DNA of 57,627 bases, filler included, from Sphacelaria rigidula (taxonomy: Eukaryota), in NCBI GenBank assembly GCA_964200075.2. It is 8 parts of 8 records of this genome, joined end to end, with 100 filler letters (N's around TTAATTAATTAA, not from the genome) between each part and the next. Parts side by side here need not be neighbours in the genome. Positions count along the whole stretch, not along the records: positions 1 to 7,116 come from CAXNAA020016407.1; positions 7,217 to 14,332 come from CAXNAA020016408.1; 6 more parts are not named here. The stretch is one strand, 5' to 3'. Shown here in pieces: positions 1 to 12,100 of this stretch. Under the pieces are notes generated by a model. The model searched no databases and was not told the origin of the DNA. It saw only the letters and a list, made by a program, of their open reading frames with translations. Position 1 is the stretch's first letter. Every line of letters begins with the position of its first letter. The position numbers were made by a program, and so were the translations under genes.

Positions 1-2041
1 GACTCACTACTCTGGAGACCTCTTGAACGGTGCATTCTTCCACAAATGCGCGCCTGTGGGCCAGCGCGCAACATTGTCCAACATTATTCTGCCATTCCAT
101 TCAGGCAACGGGTGGCGGGAATGTTCCAACATGCTACACATGTAAACTTTTCGTCTCATCATCGGAACCGGCGCAGCGAGACATGTTATGAAAAAAACCT
201 CACTCCCGATCGTGCTTTCAACGCTCGATTTCATGGACACTGTTGGATTTACCGGCAGGATTTTGCACCAATGTGCGAGGTAAGCGTTTTCTCCATTAAT
301 GAAGCAGACACTCCCCGCCGCTGAAAGCCATCAAAAGCCTACTCTCAATCGTATCATCGACTCTCAATCACACGAAACCCTTGTTTCCTACGGCTTGTGG
401 TGTGGTCTCCAGTAGGTAACCATCGAAGCTCGCCCGCTTTAATTGTTTCCTTCACGATACGATAACTGAATGATGGACGATACTCATATCGTATGTTCGC
501 GGCATTTCCGACTCGCACCGTTTAAAATTCGTCTTTTTTCGAAACCAGTGATCATCCGTGCTGCAAATCCGAGATCATGCTTCCTAACACAAACATGATC
601 CAAACAGAGTTCTTGGAAACCCGACTTTTTCAACTGCAGCACCAGGCAGCACGCTAAGCGCAAACTCCGGTCAATTCGCTACTCATAATGAGCACCGCTA
701 CTTCTGCAATATACGTGAATCAACCGCCATGATCCCCCGTCCAGGCAGTTTCACGTGCACAAGTCCTCAACTTGCCGTCTAGTCAGACAGTACTAACGTG
801 AGTGTACCGGAAGGGATAACAAAGTATACATGAAATTGCAATCCTGAAACACCACACCATACCAAACCGCATCACATCATCACATTCCATGACACTAAAG
901 GAGCGGAGTGAGTTGACCTCCACTCATGTAACATTTCCAAAATTCCCAAACACAGACTCACTTCTTCTCTCTGATCACTCATTGTCAGCATCCTAACGGC
1001 CCCTCCCCCCCCGCGCGACGGTATTGAGTGAGCACGTACAAGGGAATTTATTATTGAACAACAATTTACATGTACGTGATTTCCGCTCTTCATGAAAACA
1101 AACAGCGGAAAATATGACCACAACGAACTGGTACTTGACAATACCGTATCGTGCAAGTATGGAGTGGTTCTACAGTAGGGGTGCACAAAGAAAACTGGGT
1201 ACGGGTATTGGATTGATTTTTGACACCTGCCGTTCATGGTGACGTAGTGGTAACGAAACACAAGAGTCACGCCAAACGTGTGGCGATTCTTTCGCACGTG
1301 AATATTACAAATTCCGAGATTTGAATTTGTGGTATCAACAAAACGTAGATATATCTCAGGCAAGATTTGGCTAACGAAATGCACCCCTTCCGTACAACCA
1401 CTCTATTGTCATCTTGCCGTGGTACTAAATTTTCATGGCAATCAGTCCCACCTCACAGCAAAGCCTATCCACAATACGAGGATTCTCTCACTCAGGAAAA
1501 GGAACAAAACTCATCGACAACGATAACAACCAATAGAAAATTGCGAGTTCGAATTTAAGCTCTGACGTCTCCCCGACCCGCGCTCCACGTCCTTTTCGCG
1601 TCTTACTCAACACCGAATTGCCAGCAAAATTCATTTACCAACTATCGCACATTAACTGACCCCCCCGGGTATACAGCCGTGGTAACATGAATGAGATAAA
1701 ACATGACGAAAACACTCGCAGAAGTGAAAAAGTGAAGAAATAAAAAAGATGAAACACAGTAGACTGAGGAAAAGGCACAAACAGACGAGGGATGCTGCGA
1801 TAGCTCCCCCCCCCCCGGAAAATTAGCCGGCTTCAGATCGCAAAATCTACGTGCCAATCAACATGACAGAAGCCTAGCACACCAAGCAGCTCGGATCTCG
1901 CACGCCTGGCATTATTTTCTCCAATGTCGCTCATATCAGGCGCTTCTTGCAGTCTGAAACCAGCTGTCATGCGCTGTGTGATCCTTTTCGTGACAGTTGT
2001 GGAGCTGTTTTGTTTTTTGGCGGGGGGAGGGAATATCGCGG

Positions 2042-2240
2042 TGTAATGCGTGAGAGGACCGCGAGCTTAGAGGACCGCGCCGTAGTTCAAAACACCGCAG
2101 GGTCGATGTTTTTCAAAACCAATCGGGCCAGTCCCTGCAGGCACCACGCCTCTGACCACAACCCCAACCCTGACCCTAACCATAGGGGCGTTTGAATCCC
2201 GATGCGGTCCTCTAAGCACGCGGTCCTCTCACGCATTACA
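2042..2240 (+). mobile_element. MITE family A (Ginger-like non-autonomous TIR element), full copy
   Basis: ~37-bp TIR TGTAATGCGTGAGAGGACCGC...GCGGTCCTCTCACGCATTACA, 4-bp TSD GCGG, internal CCCCAA/CCCTGA/CCCTAA units. Confidence 0.85.
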
Positions 2241-2858
2241 GCGGTGCCACTCCAACAAAAAACAAAGCAACACAACAAAAACAAAAAAACAAGTAGAAGT
2301 GGCCAGCCTCTGCAGCATATGGCTTCAGGGGAATAAGGTCTTGCGCAACAACAGCCCACGCATTACTCATGTCCAATCGAAGACAAATACAAAGCCGTGG
2401 GACAGATTGCGGCCCATCTCCTTCGGCCACACAGCTTTAGGTATGCGCTCTCACCCATGAGCCCTATTGAAGTGAAGCATCGAAGTGCAACTTGCGTCCA
2501 CCGGGACGAGAACTCGAGAAAATGACGCAGAACATAGTGCACCCAAAACTCATCGATCGCCGCACACGCTAGATTGATGGCGCGATGGGTGTCTCACGTG
2601 AAAAAGAAGAAAAATCAAAGACCGACAGGAGCCATCAAACCGCCGACCCTGGAATACAATAATCTGTCCCAACTATTGGCAACAGGGTAATTGTAGCCTC
2701 TGTCTTCTTGCTATGGGCTAAACTCAGTGTTGAAAAGTATTTACATGATTCACCGAAGGAAGCATACAGCAACCGGTTCCACGCGCGAAAGTAGCGTCAA
2801 CGTTCGTTGCTCTCCCCATACTCTCTCAACAGTTGTCGTGGTTTTGTTGGGATGGTGT

Positions 2859-2933
2859 TCACAAGATGGAGTCGCAGTCTACATCCCGGCTCCGGTCGGC
2901 ACAGCTGCAAAGAGGTGCTTCCAGGTCGTAATT
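2859..2933 (-). CDS. GH114 endo-alpha-1,4-polygalactosaminidase-like gene, terminal exon
   Basis: Acceptor ctcaacag, then NYDLEAPLCSCADRSRDVDCDSIL*. Phase 0, in frame with exon 3603-3716. Confidence 0.75.
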   Translation of the reverse strand, partial: NYDLEAPLCSCADRSRDVDCDSIL

Positions 2934-3602
2934 CTGTTGAGACGAAGGGCGGACGGCGGGTGGCAGTCGTGAAAGAATGACACCGGTAACGACAATGACA
3001 ACGACGAAAGACCAGGGGTGTGGAGAGGGTATTACGGCGAAGCGGCGGGAGACGCACGGAAAATGGTGCGTGAGTTTGGATGGCAAAAATATATCACCGA
3101 ACACACACGAGGGCTCGAAATATGGATCCGAGGTATCTCGTTCCCCACTTCTCGCCCGCAATCATCTCAACAAGTTTCCCGAGTACGAAGGTCTGCGACA
3201 AACTATACACGCAAATATAGCCACATGCAGTCTGCTATAGGAAGGTGGCATACCAGCGCTCCGGCGACATTCAGCATTGCTGGCACGCATCTTTGCGTCA
3301 GTATGGTCCTCATCTTATTGCGGCCGTTGTTCTTAATTCCCCAGGAGGAATTTGACTGATTGAAACCTGGAAGCATAATGACGGAATTCCAGACGTAGCA
3401 GCACCCCCCCCCCCCCCCATCACGCGCCCTCTCCCAGACCGCTGTGAGAAAAAATAAAAAGATTCGGGGGTTCGTATCTGGGATTCGAGGCAAAAACCAT
3501 CGTCATGATTATGGATGGGAGACTTATCACAGCCATTCCTGGAGCTCGATTTTGCGGCAAATGCCACCTTTAGCCAAAATATATGGCTTGCAGATTGCTT
3601 AC

Positions 3603-3716
3603 CTTGACAATGGAGTCGATCTTCAGTTCGTTGGCCAAATCGCAGTGATCCATGTCGTGACTGTACTCCACATTAAACACGGGCTTACCCTTGGAGATGA
3701 ACGTGTCCTCGTACGC
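3603..3716 (-). CDS. GH114 gene, internal exon
   Basis: acacag|AYEDTFISKGKPVFNVEYSHDMDHCDLANELKIDSIVK|gtaagc. Contains the GH114 C-terminal GKPVFxVEY motif. 114 bp, phase 0/0. Confidence 0.85.
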
Positions 3717-4766
3717 CTGTGTCATTACCCAAAATCATTCGTCAAATCGGAGAAAAACAGGACATGTGAACGAATGTAGTTCGTTTGCGAAAACTTCCCA
3801 CGACCTTCACGTTAGAAGATGGGCCATTTCTCTCTGTATGTACTTCGTCCGAAATGCGAACGCCATGCTATCACGACTGTCTGCTGCGGACACTGCGTTG
3901 GTGCTCTCCTAGTGGTGGAGTCAGAGCGTGGACGAGGTGTGGAGGACAAAGGGCATGGCGTTGTTGTTGTAAGAATGGCATATTCTTTGCTGGTGGACAA
4001 GATGTTGATAATCTTGGAGAATGACTCACTTCCTGGGGCCAGATACGTAGGGAATGACCTCTAGTGAATGCATTCGTTTATGAGACCGGAAGCATAGAAC
4101 GTCAGGAACGTGTGCAAAATCTTAACAGGTGATGCGTACATTCAAATGTTGCGCAGCTACAGAAGGCGAGCGCCCGGCCAGTGCTGTATCGCAAATTGAC
4201 GGTGGCAGCCACCGATATATCGCTCGGCCATTCACACATCAGACGTTTGGTGTCGGTCATCGACACGCCCCATGGCGAGTAACCATGTGTATAGCACTGT
4301 TCATGTGAAGAGAGGTGTGTGCACTTAAACACCGTCGTCTTTATTGCCGTAGATGAGTTGACCCCCTGGGAATTCAGCCGTCCGTCTTTACAAGATACAC
4401 CCACCCCAAGAAAGCATGCAAGTGACGCATCCGGAAAAGGAAGCTCGACCAAGGGGGAAAATGGAGATAGCCAAGAGAAAGAGAGAAGTATGAATTGGAA
4501 GCCACAAGCCGAACAATGCATTGCACTAAAAGTGGAAAGGAAAGAAGGAGAGGGAGGGGGAGGCAAGGGAAGAGAAGGGGGAAAAAAACGACCATATGTA
4601 TCTAGCACCGGTCCTGGGAGAAACAAACACAACCTAAACCTGCCGCAGGCGTTCAGTTGAGGACGCTGTACGCAGCGAAAAACACGAAAAACGAAACAGA
4701 ACGAAACAGAACGGAAACATTCGTTCTGTCATGTTTGTGGGCAACAAGCTCTACTGCCCTGCTCAC

Positions 4767-4961
4767 CTCGCACTCGTCCCAGTCGAAGCACGATTCGTTG
4801 ACAGCGAAGTCGAAGTACTCGGTCAGAATAGGCGCAAGCTCGATGCAGTTCTTCAAGCCCACCTTCATACCGCGGTCATGCACCACGCCCGCAAACCATA
4901 TGTTGTAGTCGATCTGGTCGGCCTCGGATATGTCGACACCTGTCCCACTGATGTAGTACGC
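4767..4961 (-). CDS. GH114 gene, internal exon
   Basis: ttgcag|AYYISGTGVDISEADQIDYNIWFAGVVHDRGMKVGLKNCIELAPILTEYFDFAVNESCFDWDECE|gtgagc. GLKN and FDFAVNExC are GH114 motifs. 195 bp. Confidence 0.9.
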
Positions 4962-5606
4962 CTGCAATAGCCACCAGGTAGCGCAGGCCCGCGCACCGGG
5001 AAGGGGGAGGGGAGATATCATATTGCAACACAGACCGTACGTACCTTTTTCATGGGCTTGATTGCACGAGGAAGCGACTCAATATAGAAATACAGGACAA
5101 CGCTTCGAAGAAAACGTGGCAGTATTTAGGCTCAGGGAGACCAGAACGTACTTCATGCACGATATTGACAGCAAATACAATCTACTTGAACGGGCGAATG
5201 GGGAGGGGAGCAATGCATGTGAGAACAAGATGAAAACGCTTCCATGGTTGACGAAAGATCGTTGGAACAAACTACTGGCATGTAACAAAAAACGAGCAAG
5301 GCCGTCAGTTCCCCCTCGCGTCTTAATCCGGGTGGCAATACCGGAACCGTGCACGCACTGCAAAATGGCTTACAGCGGGGGAAGCAGCAAACAGGTGGCG
5401 CGTAGTCCATGGACAATGCGGCGTGGTGGGGTGTGTGCCACGAAAGGAGCATCCAAGACTGTCCATTGATTCCACACCAACTATCGACGCCTCTGTTGGA
5501 GAGCGTCCGCGCCAAGCGCCAGGTAAAAACATTGATTTATACGCCGATAAGGTGCACTCTATATTGTTGTGTATACCTCCGTACAGTCTCTTACAGGGGT
5601 TCTTAC

Positions 5607-5687
5607 CATCATGTTGTCGGGCTCGATGCCATCGCAGCCCATGCTTGCTGCCCTGTCAACCCGAGCGGCCATCAGCTCCCGGACGGT
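5607..5687 (-). CDS. GH114 gene, internal exon (upstream exons not found in this contig)
   Basis: tcgcag|TVRELMAARVDRAASMGCDGIEPDNMM|gtaaga. GCDGIEPDN is the catalytic-Asp motif. 81 bp, phase 0/0. Confidence 0.88.
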
Positions 5688-6499
5688 CTGCGAAGTCATC
5701 ACAAGGAGAAAAAAACACAACGTGCATCAGCGCGCCACGCAACGTTGGACTGAATGGCCAGGATGTGCTGACCCTGAACGTCTCGATCCAACCGCGTATA
5801 ACTTCAAGGACCAACCCCATGAAAAGAAAATGTAAGAATGAGTGATTCTACGGTGAGGGTGCACAATTGTTTTTGAGGCTCTGCAATTCAAGAACCTCTC
5901 GGTGACGAACATCTTGGCCTTTGTGTGAAGTCTCAGAAACGTTTTGGGCTATGAAGGGCACCCTTACCGTAAAGATATTTCAATTGAGAAGGTGAGCACA
6001 TTGCCGACACGAGAAAAGCATGTCTGCAAGTTGAGGTTTCGGGAGCCTGGTTGGGTGTACTCATGATCTTGCATGCCGTAGTCATATGGCCGTTGTAACC
6101 GATTATACTTACGCTCCAGGATCTGCCTGGACATGAGGGAAATGGATATCAAGATTGGACCATGACATACAGGGGAAGTACGAATAAGAGACTAGTTCTG
6201 TTATTTGAGGTGTACCCGATCTAGTGCTCGCAGTACAAATCTACTGGGGGCACACGCCATCTCGCGTGCCGAAAATGGGGGATCATGACGTGTGATTTTG
6301 TATGAACGATTTCCCGCCCCACTCGATTCCGTTCGTTGTTGTGTGTCAGTTCTGATTCAGTGGTGGTTTCAGTATGTGTGTGTTATGTGTGAGTTGGCAA
6401 ATACGAGAGGGAATTAATTGCATAAATGATATCTGGTCTCAACTGGCCATGGCATACCTACAACTTCCCGCGACAATGCACCCGGTGCATGAGGCTTTT

Positions 6500-7099
6500 T
6501 ATTACGTTGGACGCAGCACGCCGGGTCTTCGCCGGACCAGGCTCGCCATCAACCACCAAGCGCGCAGCGCCATGATGTATTCTGCGAATCGTATGAACAG
6601 TGCGCTGCATCCTGCTGGGATGTTTCGGTCCGAAGCGCACGGATTATCTTGCATTCGGGTGACAGCCTCCGATGAGTTGCATCGTTTTCTGGTATCGCCA
6701 CTTCCCGGAACAGCCACGGGTTACCCTGCCTCATGCGTGTCTCACCATTGGAACACTGCTAAGTAGTATAATCATTTCCTGCGCAGAATCGAGGTTCTCT
6801 CACCCCGCATATAATATGATCTAGCTCGACCACCATCATGATTACGGCGAAAATAAAATGCAAGCGCGGCAAAAAAAAGGGTATCCTGGTTGCCTAGCTT
6901 ACGCAGTGAGTGGCGCGTTTTACAAGCGTCATTGCCAACTGCCCCGTCCTGATGCGTCGCGAGGAACGTCGCTGACCTTGATTCAATAATGAAAAGTCGC
7001 GGCAACTCGAAAGACTTAGCATTGCCGTCGCCTCACGACCCATTCCTAGGAGGGGGGGGGTACTCATGCTCATGCATGCCATAGTCATCAGGCCATTGA
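6500..7099 (+). repeat. Interspersed repeat family E (unclassified), diverged copy
   Basis: Aligns by eye with 18520-18745, 21343-21548 and 21649-21990. A ~45-bp module GGGTGTACTCATGATCTTGCATGCCATAGTCATATGGCCATTG also occurs at ~6053, ~7057 and ~35863. Confidence 0.7.
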
Positions 7100-7116
7100 C
7101 CGAGAGGGGGGACGGG

Positions 7117-7216
7117 NNNNNNNNNNNNNNNNNNNNNNNNNNNNNNNNNNNNNNNNNNNNTTAATTAATTAANNNNNNNNNNNNNNNNNNNNNNNNNNNN
7201 NNNNNNNNNNNNNNNN
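7117..7216. other. Artificial contig linker (N44-TTAATTAATTAA-N44)
   Basis: Identical 100-bp linkers also at 14333-14432, 21549-21648, 28765-28864, 35981-36080, 43197-43296 and 50413-50512. The core has stops in all six frames. Confidence 0.99.
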
Positions 7217-7446
7217 GGTACACAAAATTCGACTTGACGGTCGACGAGAGAAAGGGACTGCTAAACTCCTCTCGCGATAAAAAATAAAGGCAAGCACCGG
7301 AGAAGGAAGGTGGGGTACTAAAAATATATGAACAAGAAAAAACTCTTGTGTTGACCTTCCTACTGTGTGCCCCCGGCTGGTGCGCCCACATATGCCGAAA
7401 GGTGTAGACCGGCGCCCAGAATAGATGGGACGACAACACACACACT
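7217..7446 (+). mobile_element. 3' part of a tRNA-derived SINE with a (CA)n tail, cut by the contig start
   Basis: Reverse-complement similarity to the SINE body at 33055-33265. Ends in ACAACACACACAC. Confidence 0.7.
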
Positions 7447-7520
7447 CATACTCCTCCGCAGTGGAACGTGGGATTCGCAGACCGAAGACGAATCGTCTCC
7501 ATGTACACTCGTAGGAGATT

Positions 7521-7826
7521 AGTTCACCACTTGGAAGGGTGAAAAATTTTTCGGAAATTTTTAATTTTGAACAAACTACAACCCTAATGCCAACCCTAAC
7601 CCCAACGGAGGCACACTGAGAACCCTCCGGAGGGGTGGTGTAAAGTGTCCGCTACTCAAAGTGTGCGTTGCGAGACCTCAAATCGGCGCCCCAAGAGCCG
7701 ATTTCGACAAAGACGCGTGGTGCGCACGCTAGGAGCACAGCCCCAATAAAGATCCAGATTTCGATGTCGATACAATAGTCGAGTCGAATTGAAAATCAAC
7801 CATAGCATCCTCCCAAGTGGTAAACT
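7521..7826 (+). mobile_element. MITE family B (~300 bp, CCCTAA-containing)
   Basis: TIR AGTTCACCACTTGGAAGGGTG / CATCCTCCCAAGTGGTAAACT. Body is similar to 24380-24647, 33450-33670, 42682-42963 and (minus strand) 23640-23790. Confidence 0.7.
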
Positions 7827-8123
7827 GTACTGACTGGGAAGCGATCGGACCACACTCAGGTAATCATCCCATCAGCGCACGTCGCCCGGCACTCGTGGTT
7901 GACGAGAAGTTCGTGAATTTGGAGGGGCAGATGTGGATGCATTTTTGGACGAAATCATGGTATACGTCCAACGTCTAGTGCACCGCAGCGGGGCTGTCAT
8001 TTGAGCGGCAGGGGTCACGCACCATTTAACCGTTGGACCGCGAGGGCGGCCCATCTGGATCGTGCATAGTTTTTTCGAGCGAAATTGTTCCGATTCGACA
8101 GGTGATCTACTCTTGCCGTCTAA

Positions 8124-8566
8124 GACCGTTTGTATGGTGACCAATCCGTATTTGTACAAATATGAGGATTTCAGCCCGTCTAAATCGGATTTTATCCCGT
8201 GAAATGATTTTTCGGTCCCCAGTCCGTTGGGCAATGTTTTATGTTTGTCGCCTACAGTAGCTCTGAGGAAACCAGATCAATTCTCTGCTTCTCTGGACGC
8301 TGACTTTTGGTTCATCACCTTCCTGCTCTGATTGGGAGACTCCCGCATCTCTCCCGATCTGAGCAGAAAGGTGATGAACCAAAAGTCAGCGTCCAGAGAA
8401 TCGGAGAATTGATCTGGTTTCCTCAGAGCTACTGTAGGCGACAAACATAAAACATTGTCCCACAAACTGGGGTTCGAAAAATCAATTCACGGGAGAAAAT
8501 CCGATGTAGACGGGCTGAAAGCCTCATATTTGTATAAATACGGATTGGTTGCCATACAAAACGGTC
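8124..8566. mobile_element. Foldback MITE, PIF/Harbinger (Tourist)-like
   Basis: Near-perfect palindrome with ~215-bp arms and a ~10-nt loop near 8345. Termini GACCGTTT...AAACGGTC, TAA TSD at 8121-8123 and 8567-8569. Confidence 0.85.
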
Positions 8567-9138
8567 TAAGAGTTAACCCGAATTTCTGCCGATCTGATGA
8601 AAGTTGTTCGACGTTGTCAGCTTTTGTGAGCACTTTACTTCCACTTCCTAGTGTATGTTGAGAATGGAGGAAAAATGTTCCCACTTCTCCCCACCCGCCC
8701 CCCACACCTGCCCTATGCGCAGGGCTTTGTGGATTTATAAATTCGAAATGGGAGTATGTTTCTGTTGTCCTTCACATCAAAAAGCGTGCCGATATCTGCG
8801 CAGTACTTCGAAATATGCGGAAATGGTTATAAAATGACTCCGTACTTGGCATTTGATGCAGAACGCATCCCGTGTCATTAGAGTAAGTTTCAACCCTTTC
8901 GGAACTGTGGATGGAAAAGTGACGATTTACGATTGATGTTTTCTCGGGGCAAGATGTGGTTGTTTTTATGCAGCTGCTGATGACGCAGAGCGCCAAGACG
9001 GTGCACCAGGCTAAGTTCAAGTGTAGTAATGTGACAGACTCGTGCACCGAACTCGAAGTGACGTTTTGCTGGTGACGAAAGCTCGCATATGGGAGTTTGT
9101 AAATCGTCACTTGTCCATCAACGGTTCCAGGTGGGTTA

Positions 9139-12100
9139 CAGTGGGGGCTCTCAGTTGTGCCGCTCGGCACTACTGACAGATGACCCTCAGTAGTGCCGCC
9201 GGTTTCAACGGTTCTGTACCCTCAACAGTGCCGGTTCCGGACACGCTCACGCACGCCTTACCCCCCACCAACCAAGCACCAGTAGGGGTACAGCAGGGTA
9301 CGTGCTGGTGCAGACCTTGCAACGTTGGCACACAACATGCCTTGTGCGGAAGGCGAACTGTGCCTGGTCCAGGCCACGACGCCAGAAGGCCGTCCTGGCC
9401 ACGGTTGCCAGGGGACATGTGGCTGGAGGCTCCACGATATTTGCGGCAGCATGTTTGGCGACAACGAAATGCACCGCATCTGCAGCAAATGCCTTCAAAA
9501 AAGGGCAAGCGCACAAAGGTTTCATCCGAGGGTGCTGGATCGGGGCAGTCTACAAGCAAACGCGCGAAAACAGGGGGTGGAGGCGCGTCTCGCGCCCGGC
9601 TCACAATCAAGCAGAAGATGGAGGTCGTGAGGCTCCTGGACCAGCGCATTTCTCACGAAGAGATCGCTGATCGCTTCGGGTGCGCAGCACGGACGGTTCG
9701 CAAGATCAAGGCCGAGCGGGAGAAGGTGGAGAAGGAGGCTGCCACAGCAGGCAGAGACGGCATGAAGACGCACGCCAAGGAGACTTCCCCCAGGTGGGCT
9801 ACACTGCACTGGCGGCCCCCAGCCTCCTTATTTTTTTTCGAATTGTGTTTTTTGGGCTCCGTTGTTTTCATACTGTACAGCAGTGTATGTCTTCTACTCG
9901 TACGTTCCTCGGGTCGCCGTACTCGTACACATTTACTTATCTGGTATTTTTTTATACAACACAACCTGGTGTTTTTATCTCCGTGTTTGAGGCAAAAAAC
10001 AAGCTATAGTGAAAATTCTGTGACACTTTCTACCAAACAGTCCAATCTGTACTGCTGCTTTGGGTGATGAATCGAAAATATTTCCAGGGCATGACATTTA
10101 CAACTACAGTAGCATCCTGCACACGCATCGTTTTACTCGTGGGATGAAACGCCCGCCGAGTGGAATTAATTTTAACACCCTCCTGACAAAAAATTACAGG
10201 TACAGTACTGTACTATACATGTACTTGTACTTGTACATACAAGTACATGTACTGTACTGTAGATCAACCAAAAAGTAGGTCGGCAACTCAAATGCAGTAG
10301 GTACACAAGTCGATTTCTGTTAGGGGCACGAACAACTGTACCTCTGCGAGAGATGTGAAGGATCGTTCCCAAAGGCGCAGTAGTGTATTGCAACAAATAT
10401 TTTTTTCAAAATAATCAAGGATTTCTCGCCGTTTGGCTTGTAATCGTTAATTCCCTGTTCCTTCCCATCAGGTGGATGAAATAGCTCTGGACCTATTCGA
10501 GAAGGCCAGGAAGGCAAGGATCTCCGTCACGCACGACGTCACCCGCAGCTTCGGTCGCTCAGCCAAGACCACCCTGCTCAACGACGCAACAACCTCTGCA
10601 GACCTCTGGGAGAAGCTCAACGATTTCAAGGCCGGCAGGAGGTGGGCCAAGAACTTCGTGAAACGCAATGGACTTCACAACTCGAGATGTTTTGGTGAAG
10701 CTGGCAGCGTGAACACCGAAGCCATGAAAGACAAGATCGAAGGAATTAAGGAGCTTTGCGCGAAGTTCCCGGCTAGGCGCATCTTCAATGTCGACGAGAC
10801 AGGCATTCAGTGGAAGGTTACACCCAGGCGTACGTACGTTTGCTGCAACGCTGATGGAACAGCAAAGGTGGACCTGGCCATCATCCGAAAGTCGAGGGAA
10901 CCCCGTTGCCTCCGCGGCCTAGAGTACCCTCTTCCTTACTTCTCACAGGCGAATGCGTGGTCTGATACCGCGACGTTCCTTAAGTGGTGGCGAGAGGTCT
11001 TCCTAACCGTTGTTCGGTGTTTTACGCACGAACCTGTTCTGCTGCTGATGGACGGCTGCTTGTCGCACGCGGAGCTGGTGGATGATCGCGGGCAGGTGAC
11101 GGTCAAGACTTACCCGCCGGGCTGCACAAGCGTACACCAGCTCATGGACCAGGGGATCATCGCCAAGTTGAAGCCAATGTACAGGAAAGAGCTACTCGAT
11201 GTGAAGGCATCGACAATGTTGGTGGCTGACACACTTCGCTCTCAGGCCAAGGAGCGCAAAATGAAGGCCAGAACGGTGGAGCTGGCGGAGGGGCACCACC
11301 CTCACGTGCGGGATGCCGTCTAACTTCTCAAGAAAGGATGGGCCAGTGTTTCTGCCCGGACATCGCCAGGTCAGGTTTGATCATGTCATGTTCCTGTTCG
11401 TGCCAGCGTTTTGTGTGTCCAGCAATGCGCACACCTTCGTGTTCACCGTACGCTTTGTTTTTTCACTCTAGTGTTGGGAGCCAGTGATTGCCACCGGACC
11501 AAGTTTTTCTTCGCTGCTGTCGGCCATCTTTTTTTAACACACTTGTTCTACGTTTCCCTCCCCTCTCCGTGCCTCCTACTGCTCAGGTGTTTTGTAAAAG
11601 CCAACACGCTCCCGTTACCGATGTAAGCTGAGCTCACCCAAGCCCACGGAAAAGCGCGGGGCAGTATCGTCGATCCCGACGTGAAGGCTCTCACGGACGC
11701 CATCAACACGTTGAGTACGAGCGTGCACAACGCGCAGCAGCAGGGTTGCCACGTCCAAGACGAGGAGATCTGTGACATGTTGGCGAACCTAGACATTACA
11801 CCAGGACAGCCTGCCGACCAGGAAGCCATGAAAGCTGTTCAGGTTTTGGGAACCGTGGAGGATCAGGATGAAGTGGTGGAGGCCATGCGAACGGACGTGG
11901 CGGAGGAACTCACGACCCTCTTGGATGGGACAGCCAATGGTAGGGACTCGGAGGAAGAGCAAGAGGACGACGAGGAGGAGGATGACGACGAGAGCACGGG
12001 GAGCGGGAATGGTGCCCAACCGCCCTACGGTGAACTCACGTCTCACTTCGGCATTCTGGAGAGGGCAGCGCAGGACAGTGGGAATGCAAACGCAGCCTTG

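Noticed and set aside
1..780. Very decayed mariner-like transposase on the minus strand
   Set aside because: Only a faint resemblance (KVYMC...WNGRI). No intact catalytic motif is visible, so a TBLASTN/HMM search is needed.
7161..7172. TTAATTAATTAA as a biological motif or TSD
   Set aside because: It is part of the artificial linker, repeated identically seven times.
8974..9075. Possible terminal host exon (tttttatgcag|LLMTQSAK...FCW*)
   Set aside because: Plausible acceptor, but no recognisable homology or partner exon.
9497..9503. Programmed -1 frameshift at AAAAAAG
   Set aside because: The A-AAA-AAG phasing is in the downstream frame, not the incoming PHD frame. The copy has several other disabling lesions, so a simple indel is likelier.
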